Below the pieces are notes generated by a model, which did no database searches, was not told the origin of the DNA, and worked only from the letters and a program-made list of their open reading frames with translations. From Myxococcales bacterium (GTDB lineage Bacteria; Myxococcota_A; Polyangia; Palsa-1104), in contig JAYUBF010000332.1 of assembly GCA_043741435.1 (NCBI GenBank), positions 22,279-86,278 of the forward strand: a stretch of DNA of 64,000 nucleotides, given 5' to 3'. Shown here piece by piece: positions 31,615-39,506 of this stretch. Numbering within the stretch: position 1 is the first letter of the stretch; every line of letters begins with the position of its first letter. The translations under genes and the position numbers were made by a program.

Positions 31615-31805
31615 GTCTCTCGATGGGCGAGGTGATCGAAGCTAGCTGGCGATCATATCTTAGTCTCCGTGACATTTCACTCAGCGGCGGAGACGGTTGA
31701 GCGGTGGCAATTTCATTCGCCGCTGCAGCCGACGTCCGCGACCAAGCATCTCAAGACGTTGCGTTGTTCTAACGTGGCCCGCTTCGTGCTCGCCACGGAT
31801 GCTCG

Positions 31806-32309
31806 ATGCGAATCGCGGTTGTGCTGGTGCTTGGGTTGAGGATGGTGGGCGCGGCCAATGCGGGTCCCGCCGATGTATTGCCGATGCGGGCCCGCGCGCT
31901 GCTCACGCAACGTCCGGATCGGGACGGGCCGAATTGTCTCAACGCGGTCGAGCTGTACCATGGGCTCGCCCGGGCCCAACGCTGGACCGCTTGGCGTGTG
32001 CTGGACCGCAAGCTCCGCACGGCGAATCGGTTCCGCGAGATGCGCGCCAACGAACTATCACAGCTCGGCGACGTGATCCTGTACCGCCACGGACCGCTCG
32101 ACTTGATCGAGCATGGCGCAATCTTCGTCGACTCTCTTCACGTGTGGGAAAAGGCAAACGCCGACGCGACGAGCACCTGGCAGTTCACGTCGCACGAAGC
32201 TTCCGCGGCGCCTTATGGCTACACCATCGTGCAACGCTGGCGCAGGCTCGACGCGCGCCGCCAAAGGCCTGACCTCGACGGCAAACAGCTGCTACCGACC
32301 GGGCCGTAG
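31806..32309 (+). CDS. secreted hypothetical protein
   Basis: Signal peptide MRIAVVLVLGLRMVGAANA. It is the only plus-strand ORF in this block. Confidence 0.4.
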   Translation: MRIAVVLVLGLRMVGAANAGPADVLPMRARALLTQRPDRDGPNCLNAVELYHGLARAQRWTAWRVLDRKLRTANRFREMRANELSQLGDVILYRHGPLDLIEHGAIFVDSLHVWEKANADATSTWQFTSHEASAAPYGYTIVQRWRRLDARRQRPDLDGKQLLPTGP

Positions 32310-32358
32310 CTCGGCTTTAGTTCGCCAACGAATTTGAGTGATCGCGACGGCGGACGCG

Positions 32359-32568
32359 TTACCGCCCGGTTTTCTGCGTGTTGCCGATGTCCGTGTTGTT
32401 CTCGTAGTACTCGGGTAGGAGCTCGCGGGCCTGGACCTTGTTGCCGAGGGCTTCCTCGAGGAACTTGGTGTCGTCGACGCAGGTGGTGCCATCGCCGCAC
32501 TTCACGCGCACGGAGACGTTGCCGTCGGGGCCGATGGTGATCTCGAGCTCTTTCTTCTTGGCCGACAT
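32359..32568 (-). CDS. DUF2997-family small protein
   Basis: 69 aa: MSAKKKELEITIGPDGNVSVRVKCGDGTTCVDDTKFLEEALG. This matches the DUF2997 pattern (E I T I . P D G . V . V . V . G . . G . . C . . . T . . L E . . L G). Confidence 0.6.
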   Translation of the reverse strand: MSAKKKELEITIGPDGNVSVRVKCGDGTTCVDDTKFLEEALGNKVQARELLPEYYENNTDIGNTQKTGR

Positions 32569-32580
32569 GGTCTGTTCCTC

Positions 32581-32976
32581 CTAACCCCACTTCGAGACGT
32601 TGAGCTTGACCGTGCCGTCCTTCTGTACCGCGTTCTCATCGATGGTGTAGCCGGCGTCTTCCACCGCGGCCACCACCTTCTGATACGCGTATTTCGAATT
32701 GATCTCCTTCGCGATCTCCTGCTCCGTCGCTCCGCGGGTGGTCTCTATTCCCCACCAATCGGCGACGAGCTCGTAGCCGCCGTTCTCGGCTTTCACGACG
32801 GCGACGTCGTACTTGCCCATGTCGATGGCGATCTCGGCCTGCATCGTCGCGCCCTTCCAGCCGCGAACCGTGACGCCGGCTTCCTCGTGCTTGTACTTCC
32901 AGCCGAGCGCATCGAGCGCCTTTTTGAGGCACACGAGGTCGGTTATCTGCGTTTGGACTTTGGTGAAGTGCGACAT
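32581..32976 (-). CDS. DUF1257 (Ycf35-like) family protein
   Basis: 131 aa beginning MSHFTKVQTQITDLVCLKKALDALGW, the hallmark DUF1257 N-terminus. It lies 4 bp downstream of the AAA gene. Confidence 0.6.
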   Translation of the reverse strand: MSHFTKVQTQITDLVCLKKALDALGWKYKHEEAGVTVRGWKGATMQAEIAIDMGKYDVAVVKAENGGYELVADWWGIETTRGATEQEIAKEINSKYAYQKVVAAVEDAGYTIDENAVQKDGTVKLNVSKWG

Positions 32977-32979
32977 GTT

Positions 32980-34524
32980 CTAGACCTCGAGCTTTCGTTC
33001 CGGCGCAGCGAAGCGATCACCCTTGGGCTTCGCCTCCGTCGAGAACGACGCGCTGCGCGCGCGGGTCTTGGCCCACTCGCGCATGGTGTCGATACCTTCC
33101 TTCATCGTTACGGCGAGCGGTACGATCTCGCGCGCTGCCGCGAGCAACCCCTCGGGCGTGACGTCGCGCTCCGCATCGAACGCGTCGTACAGCGCCGAGA
33201 TGACGGCCTGCTCGATCTCGGCGCCCGAGAACTCCGGCATGGCTTCGACGACCTTGGCGATGTCGAGCGTCTCCGGATCACGCTTCTTCTTGCGCAAGTG
33301 GATGTCGAGGATGCTCTTGCGCTCGTCGCGCGTCGGTAGATCGACGAAGAAGATCTCGTCGAAGCGACCTTTGCGCAGGAGCTCGGGCGGCAGCGCACGA
33401 ACGTCGTTCGCGGTGGCGATTACGAACACGGGTGCCGTCTTCTCCTGCATCCACGTGATGAACGTACCGAACACGCGCGACGTGGTGCCGCCGTCGGACA
33501 TGTTCGAGCTCCCGGTGCCGGAGAAACCCTTCTCGATCTCGTCGAGCCAGAGGACCGCCGGCGCGATGGCCTCGGCGGTCTTCAGCGCCTTGCGGATATT
33601 CTCCTCTGAAGCACCGACCAGGCCGCCCATGATTTTGCCCACGTCGAGGCGCAGGAGCGGCATCTGCCACGCAGCCCCGACGGCCTTCGCGGTGAGCGAC
33701 TTGCCGCAGCCGGGCACGCCGATGAGGAGGATCCCCTTCGGCAACGGGAGGCCGAAGTCGCGGGCCTTCTGCGTGAAGGCGCCGCGCCGCTTCTGCAGCC
33801 AGGTCTTCAGCGTCTCGAGCCCACCGATCTCGTCGAGCGACTCGGCGGTCTCGTAGTACTCGAGGATGCCGCTCTTGCGGATGATGTGCTTCTTCTCCTC
33901 CAGCACCGTTCCGATGTCGAAGGTCTTGCAGCGCACGATCGACTTCGCGAAGACGTTCTCCGCCTCGATGTACGTGAGACCCAGCGCGGCCTCGACGAGG
34001 CGCTCGCGGCCACTCGGGTCCGAGGCCATGCCAGGGTCCACGCCCGTAGGCAGCTCGCTGAGCAGCTTGCCGATGATGCCGTCGATCTCCGCGCGATCCG
34101 GCAGGTCCCAGTCGACGATCGCGACCTCCTTCTCGAGCTCCGGCGGCATCTTCAGCACGGGCGAGAGGAACAGCACGCTCTTCTGCGACTTCTTGAGATC
34201 GTGGCCGAGATCGCGCAGCTTGCGCACGACCTGAGCGTTGTCGAGGAACGCGTGGAAGTCGCGCAGGATGTAGAGGCCTTTGCCCTCGGCACCGGCGATG
34301 TGATCGAGCGCCTTCAGCGGATCTTTCACGTCGCCGCCACGATGCTCTCCGGCAAGCTGCACGAACCCGCGCGTGATCGACCACGCCACGAGCCGTCGCT
34401 CACGCCGGAGGGCGAAGTCGCGCAGCATGCGCTCCACCCGCTGCTCCTCCGACGACACGATATAGACGAGCGGATATCGCGCCTTGACCAGATCTTCGAC
34501 TTCCGTCGTGCTCGGTATCGCCAT
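32980..34524 (-). CDS. AAA+ ATPase with a single classical AAA domain and an N-terminal domain of about 230 aa (Ycf46-like architecture)
   Basis: Walker A GILLIGVPGCGKSLTAKAV, Walker B VLWLDEIEKGF, sensor-1 (VIATAN) and an Arg finger region (RKGRFDEIFFVDLP). Confidence 0.85.
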   Translation of the reverse strand: MAIPSTTEVEDLVKARYPLVYIVSSEEQRVERMLRDFALRRERRLVAWSITRGFVQLAGEHRGGDVKDPLKALDHIAGAEGKGLYILRDFHAFLDNAQVVRKLRDLGHDLKKSQKSVLFLSPVLKMPPELEKEVAIVDWDLPDRAEIDGIIGKLLSELPTGVDPGMASDPSGRERLVEAALGLTYIEAENVFAKSIVRCKTFDIGTVLEEKKHIIRKSGILEYYETAESLDEIGGLETLKTWLQKRRGAFTQKARDFGLPLPKGILLIGVPGCGKSLTAKAVGAAWQMPLLRLDVGKIMGGLVGASEENIRKALKTAEAIAPAVLWLDEIEKGFSGTGSSNMSDGGTTSRVFGTFITWMQEKTAPVFVIATANDVRALPPELLRKGRFDEIFFVDLPTRDERKSILDIHLRKKKRDPETLDIAKVVEAMPEFSGAEIEQAVISALYDAFDAERDVTPEGLLAAAREIVPLAVTMKEGIDTMREWAKTRARSASFSTEAKPKGDRFAAPERKLEV

Positions 34525-34561
34525 CTCGTTTTTCGTTCCTCTCGGTCGGAGCCGTTCCCGT

Positions 34562-36526
34562 TCAGACCACTTCGCGCAGCGTGCGCAGGACGTTCTTTGC
34601 TTCTTCGGTTCGCTCTACGGAAGCGGTGATCGCGTCCTTGAGCGAGCGGGTGGCTTCGCCGTCGGCGCCCAACTCTTCGACGAGTCGCTGCGCGAGCAGC
34701 ACGTGGGTGCGCAGCTCGGACAGGGCATCGTTCACGCCATCGTGCGCAGCTTCCGCCCGTCGCTGGATCTCGGCGATTCCAGCGGTCCCGTTGGTCGGCG
34801 CGCTGGCTTCGAGCTCGGCCCTGGCGATCGCGAGATCGGACCCCAGCAACGACAGCTCTTCTTCGAGCTCGCGGATCCGGATCTCGGCGGGCGCCGCGTG
34901 GCGTCGGCCATCTTCGCCGCCACCCCACGTGGACTCCTCGAGGTCGCCGCTGATGGGTCCCGTCGGGAGATCACTGCCGGTGGCGGCTTCGAGCAGATCA
35001 CCCGACAGCGTGACCTGCTCGCCGCGCTGACCGGTCGGCTTCGCCGCATCGGAGCGCTTGCGCGCGAGGTCGGCGTCCTTGCGCGCTTCGATGGCTTCTT
35101 GGCTGGCCTGCATCGCGCGCTGGTTCGCTTCGTCGAGCTCGCGACGCAGCTGCGCGATCTCGCCCATCAGGCGACCGGACGTGTCCTCGAGCATGCGTCG
35201 AGAATCTTCCGAAGCTTGACGCTGCAGCTCGGCGCGTTGCAGTGCTTCTTCGGCGCGTTCACGGGCGGAGATGGCGCGCTGCTTCTCCTCGAGCGCGTGC
35301 GTTCGCTCGACGTCGAGGTTGGCCACCTTCTGCTCCGCCAACGTGCGCGCCGCATCGGCTCGCTCGGCGCGCTCGAGCAACCGATCGCGCTCCGCCTCGA
35401 GGGTCTTCTGCGCGACGCGCGCTTGTCGCAGATCGCTCGCCAGCTGCAGCGCCTCTTCCGCGGTGCCACCGGTGCCGTCTGCCACTTTGCGCTGCAGACG
35501 TCGGTGCTCTTCGTCGAGCCCCTCGAGCTGGTTGCGCATCGCGACGAGTTGTTGCTTGGCATCGTCACGCTCGGTGCGCGTGATGACGAGCTCGCGCAGC
35601 GTGCGTTCTTTCTCTTGTCGCAGCTCTTGCGCCGATGATTCGAGCGCGATGAGGCCCACGCGACGCTCTTCCAACAGGCGCTCTTGCTCGGAGATGACGG
35701 CGCGCAGCCCGTCGAGCTCACCCGCGCGATTGTTGAGCTCGCGCCAGCCCGCGTCCTTGGTGCGCTCGAGCTCGACCAAGCGACCACGCGCCTCGTCGAG
35801 CGTGTGCTTGGTCCGCTGCACGTCCTCGAGAGAGCGCTCGAGCTGGCGATCACGTGCTTGCAGATCACCCGACGCCTTGTCGTGGCGATCACGCAGCTCG
35901 ATATGTTCCTTGCGGAGGCTGTCGATGTCCGTGCGGAGCTGCTCCGACACCCGCAGCGTGGCGTTGAGCTCCTCGTCGGTGCTCTGACGGATGCGCGACA
36001 GCTCGCTGAACTTGTCGCGTTGGATCGCGACCTCCGCACGCAGGCGTTGCAGCTCCGCACTGTCCGTCTCGCTGCGCGAACGCAGCGCGTCGAGCTCGCG
36101 ACCGAGGTCGAAGAGCTGTTGCTCCTTCGCGGATCGGTCGGCGAGCACCGACTCGAGCTCGCGCCGCGCCAGGTCGAGCTCACCCGACTCCTCCATGAGG
36201 CCCGGGTCCACGGCGATGCGGCTCGACGGCTTGTCATCGATGATGACGAAGCGGACCTGAAGCGTGCCGCAGCGCACGATGTCCGCGTGGCGCAGCTGCT
36301 GCTTCTGCACGCGCTGATCGTTCACGAAGGTGCCGTTCGAGCTCCCCAGGTCTTCGACGAACCAAGCGCCGCTTTCGAGCCACAGCCGATAGTTGCGGCG
36401 CGATACCATCGCGTCATCGGTCCGGACCACGCACTCCTGCGCTCGTCCCACGAAGGAGCCTTCCGGCTGCACGTCCGCGGACGCGTCCCTGCCTTGCGCA
36501 TCGCGGTAGAGCAACCGACCCTTCAT
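34562..36526 (-). CDS. FHA-domain protein with a very long coiled-coil (SMC/myosin-tail-like) C-terminal region
   Basis: N-terminal FHA domain (FVGRAQECVVRTDDAMVSRRNYRLWLESGAWFVEDLGSSNGTFVND). About 500 aa of heptad-like sequence rich in E, R, L and A follows. Confidence 0.75.
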   Translation of the reverse strand: MKGRLLYRDAQGRDASADVQPEGSFVGRAQECVVRTDDAMVSRRNYRLWLESGAWFVEDLGSSNGTFVNDQRVQKQQLRHADIVRCGTLQVRFVIIDDKPSSRIAVDPGLMEESGELDLARRELESVLADRSAKEQQLFDLGRELDALRSRSETDSAELQRLRAEVAIQRDKFSELSRIRQSTDEELNATLRVSEQLRTDIDSLRKEHIELRDRHDKASGDLQARDRQLERSLEDVQRTKHTLDEARGRLVELERTKDAGWRELNNRAGELDGLRAVISEQERLLEERRVGLIALESSAQELRQEKERTLRELVITRTERDDAKQQLVAMRNQLEGLDEEHRRLQRKVADGTGGTAEEALQLASDLRQARVAQKTLEAERDRLLERAERADAARTLAEQKVANLDVERTHALEEKQRAISARERAEEALQRAELQRQASEDSRRMLEDTSGRLMGEIAQLRRELDEANQRAMQASQEAIEARKDADLARKRSDAAKPTGQRGEQVTLSGDLLEAATGSDLPTGPISGDLEESTWGGGEDGRRHAAPAEIRIRELEEELSLLGSDLAIARAELEASAPTNGTAGIAEIQRRAEAAHDGVNDALSELRTHVLLAQRLVEELGADGEATRSLKDAITASVERTEEAKNVLRTLREVV

Positions 36527-36593
36527 CCCAGGTCATCATGACACGACCCACGGCCAAATTCCCGCCAGTGCTGGCCTAAAGGTCGACTAGAGC

Positions 36594-37175
36594 TTAGCCC
36601 TTGAACAGTGCTTCGCTGGTGCCGATGCGGATGATGTCGCCCGCGACGAGCTTGCGGCGCGCGCTCTTTTCGCCGTTCACATAGACGCCGTTGGTGGAAC
36701 CGAGGTCGGCGAGCTCGTAGCCGCCATCGACCCGGCGAATGCCCGCGTGCTTGCGCGACACACCGGTGTCTTTGAGCAGCACCGAGTTGCCTTCGAAGCT
36801 GCCGATCGTGGTGACGTCCGCGTCGAGGAAGAAGTTTTGTCCGGCGAGGGGGCCGGTACGGAACTCGATCGCGGCCCGACCCGAGGAAACGGCGGCCGCC
36901 GGCGTCGCCACCCGTGCGCCGTTCGTCGCGGGTGCCGCGCTCGAGCGCGCGCTACCGCAGGCGGGACAGAGGCGCCAGCTGGCCTGCACCCCGCCACCGC
37001 ACGTCGGGCACGCGCCTCTCTGCGCGCGACGACGATTCGAGACCACGGCCATGCGTAGGATGAACAAGGCCATCACCACGACCGCGGCGACCACGGCGGC
37101 AAGAAACCATCGTGGCGGCGGCTCGGCCACCACGGCGACCTCGTCGGCCATCGAGAGGAGCAGCAAGGCGATCAC
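36594..37175 (-). CDS. membrane protein with a zinc-ribbon and a C-terminal FHA domain
   Basis: TM helix (AAVVAAVVVMALFIL), then a Cys4 ribbon (CPTCGGG...CPACG), then an FHA domain (ADLGSTNGVYVNGE). Confidence 0.7.
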   Translation of the reverse strand: MIALLLLSMADEVAVVAEPPPRWFLAAVVAAVVVMALFILRMAVVSNRRRAQRGACPTCGGGVQASWRLCPACGSARSSAAPATNGARVATPAAAVSSGRAAIEFRTGPLAGQNFFLDADVTTIGSFEGNSVLLKDTGVSRKHAGIRRVDGGYELADLGSTNGVYVNGEKSARRKLVAGDIIRIGTSEALFKG

Positions 37176-37181
37176 GGCGTG

Positions 37182-38612
37182 CTACTGCACCACCGACTTG
37201 AACTTGAACTCGCTCCGACCGAGAACGATGCGGTCGTTGTCGACGAGCTCGTGCTCGCGCACCTTCTTCTCGTTCACCACCATGCCGTTGGTGGATCCGA
37301 GATCGATCAACCGGAAGCGCTGACCGTCGCGCCTCACCTCGGCGTGGCGCGACGAGGCGAAGGAGTCGTCGATGACGACGTCGCAATCGGGCGCGGTGCC
37401 GATGATGGTGCGGCCGCCTTGGTTGAGCGAAAACGTCTTGTCGACGTTTCGGCCGCTGAGCACGACCAACCAACCGACGGCTTGCACCTTGCCACCCCCG
37501 GCCCCACCCATCGCCATCGTGCGCGACGGTGCGCCCGCGGGCTGTGGCGCCGGCGCTGCGAACTGCATGGGCTGTTCATCGCGCTCGCGGAAGATGAGCC
37601 ACACGATGAGCATCACCAGCAGCACCCCACCGCCGATGCAGAGCGCCCACAGCCACCAGCGACGCGCCTGCACCTTGGTGACGACGAGATGCGTCGCCGG
37701 CGGGACGGAACGAATGTAGTTATTGGACGAAGCGATGTGTCCCCCCGCCTCGGCCGAGATCTGGAACGTATGGAACTTGCCGTCGCCGCCCGCGATGCCG
37801 AGCTCGTACGTCGCGATGTATTGCTTGCGCAGCTCGTCGGCCACGTTCTGGAACTCCGTGGTGACCTCGTTGCTGCTCTTGCATGTGCGCTCGCCGCCGT
37901 TCGATTGCTTGGTGAGCTCGGTGAGGTTGCGCAGGCGGGCCGGCTCGAACGGTGCGTAGCCGATGGTGTCGATGACGATGCCGCCATCGACGGCGCGCAT
38001 CGCGACGGATTTGTAGGTCTTCCTCTCCATGTTGACGTCGATACCATCGGAGAAGAGCACGATGAGCTTGCGCTGATCTTTCGGCGCGGCGTTGAGCAGA
38101 TCGATGGAGGTTCGCAGCGCATCGAGCAGGTGGACCTCGACGAGCTCGGTGTCGGTCTGCAGCTGGTTGGCGGCGGCCTCTGCATCGGCGGGCGGACCCA
38201 GCTCGGCAAGGCGCTTCGTCTCGGCGGAGAAGCCGAGCAAGGCCATCTTGGACTTGGCTGGAAGTGCGTTCGCCAACATCTTCACGCCCTTCTTGATGTC
38301 GTCGGAGACCTCGAGCATGGCCTGTGACACCTGCACCACGACGACGAGGTTCACTGGCTCGTTCGAGGCATCGAAGACCTGTAGATCTCTCGCTGCACCC
38401 TGCTCCGCCGAATCGAGGATGAGCTTGAACTCCTCCTTCGCGCGCCCGGAGATCAAACGCCCATCACCGTCGGTGAGCGTGAGGTACGCCTTCATGGTGG
38501 GCGAGCGTGTCAGGTCGATGCGCTCGAGGCGCAGCTTGTCTGCCGCGAGCGCGGGTGCGCAAAGAGCCAGGGATGAAAGAACAACGGCGATGCACGCCGA
38601 GCGCAGGGTCAT
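37182..38612 (-). CDS. secreted/membrane vWA-domain protein with a TM helix and a C-terminal cytoplasmic FHA domain
   Basis: Signal peptide; a vWA-like domain whose MIDAS-like motif is partly degenerate (VVVQVSQAM...LFSDGIDV); a TM helix (WWLWALCIGGGVLLVMLIVWLIF); and an FHA domain (IDLGSTNGMVVNEKKV). Confidence 0.75.
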   Translation of the reverse strand: MTLRSACIAVVLSSLALCAPALAADKLRLERIDLTRSPTMKAYLTLTDGDGRLISGRAKEEFKLILDSAEQGAARDLQVFDASNEPVNLVVVVQVSQAMLEVSDDIKKGVKMLANALPAKSKMALLGFSAETKRLAELGPPADAEAAANQLQTDTELVEVHLLDALRTSIDLLNAAPKDQRKLIVLFSDGIDVNMERKTYKSVAMRAVDGGIVIDTIGYAPFEPARLRNLTELTKQSNGGERTCKSSNEVTTEFQNVADELRKQYIATYELGIAGGDGKFHTFQISAEAGGHIASSNNYIRSVPPATHLVVTKVQARRWWLWALCIGGGVLLVMLIVWLIFRERDEQPMQFAAPAPQPAGAPSRTMAMGGAGGGKVQAVGWLVVLSGRNVDKTFSLNQGGRTIIGTAPDCDVVIDDSFASSRHAEVRRDGQRFRLIDLGSTNGMVVNEKKVREHELVDNDRIVLGRSEFKFKSVVQ

Positions 38613-39427
38613 GTCGATTTGAATTTGAAGGACGTGCGTCCCAGTCGGAGCGTATCACCGTCGACCAGATCGGACTGGGTCACGCGCTTGTCATTGACGA
38701 AGGTTCCGTTCGTGGAGCCGAGGTCGCTGACGCGAAACACGCCGGCTTGCGCGCTGAACTCCGCATGACGGCCGCTGACCGACGAGTCGCTGACCAGCAC
38801 GTCGCAATCCGGCGCGGTCCCCACGACGGAGCGGGCCCGCAGCTCGAGCAGCTGCCCTCCTTGCGGACCGTCGAGCGGGATGATCCAGGCGACGAGGCGA
38901 GAGGCCGACGACCCACCGTGCGCGACGCCGCCACCACCGCTGTCGATGTCCATGGTGCGGGGCTTGTTACCGCCACCGCCGTAGTTGCTACCGCCGTGGC
39001 CGACATCGAGCGATTCGGTGCGGGGCGATGCACCGCCCGCTGGCTGGCCACCGTTGTCGACCTGGTTGCCGAAGCCGCAGTAGGGGCACAGCTCCCAACG
39101 CGCATCGAGCTTCTCGTTGCAGTTGGGACAGCGCTTCTTCTTCGAGAAGAGGCCCATCTTCTTGTTGTTCGCTCCTGGTTGAGGCGCCGTGCCGCCTCTG
39201 TTCTTCAGCTGGCCCGCTTGGTTCGCGAGCTGCTTCGCCTGATGCCCGTATTGCTGCATCTGCTGCTTGTTGTACTGGAGCTCGCTGCGAAGTTCGTTGG
39301 GCAGCTGACGTACGCGGTTGATGTTGCCGCGAATTTGTCCTTCGAAGTTGCGCACGCTCGATGTCTTGCCGCGCATGAAGTCCAGCGGCGCGCGCAAAGT
39401 GCGCAAGAGATCGTCGAAGAACGACAT
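38609..39427 (-). CDS. zinc-ribbon plus FHA domain protein with a Gly-rich linker
   Basis: Cys4 ribbon (CPNCNEKLDARWELCPYCG), then an FHA domain (GRHAEFSAQAGVFRVSDLGSTNGTFVNDKRV). The gene overlaps the next gene by 4 bp. Confidence 0.7.
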   Translation of the reverse strand: MSFFDDLLRTLRAPLDFMRGKTSSVRNFEGQIRGNINRVRQLPNELRSELQYNKQQMQQYGHQAKQLANQAGQLKNRGGTAPQPGANNKKMGLFSKKKRCPNCNEKLDARWELCPYCGFGNQVDNGGQPAGGASPRTESLDVGHGGSNYGGGGNKPRTMDIDSGGGGVAHGGSSASRLVAWIIPLDGPQGGQLLELRARSVVGTAPDCDVLVSDSSVSGRHAEFSAQAGVFRVSDLGSTNGTFVNDKRVTQSDLVDGDTLRLGRTSFKFKST

Positions 39428-39506
39428 CCGTCTGAAAGACTAGCACACCCCCCGCAGCCGTGTTCCGCAAGCCTGGTTGAAGTGTCGCTGCGGCAAATGC
39501 TTTCAA

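Noticed and set aside
39453-39492. An inverted repeat CCGCAGC...GCTGCGG (22 nt loop) just downstream of flgE, considered as a terminator separating the flagellar operon from the FHA operon.
   Set aside because: The loop is too long and no U-tract follows on the transcribed strand, so it is not a convincing intrinsic terminator. Read-through from flgE therefore remains possible.
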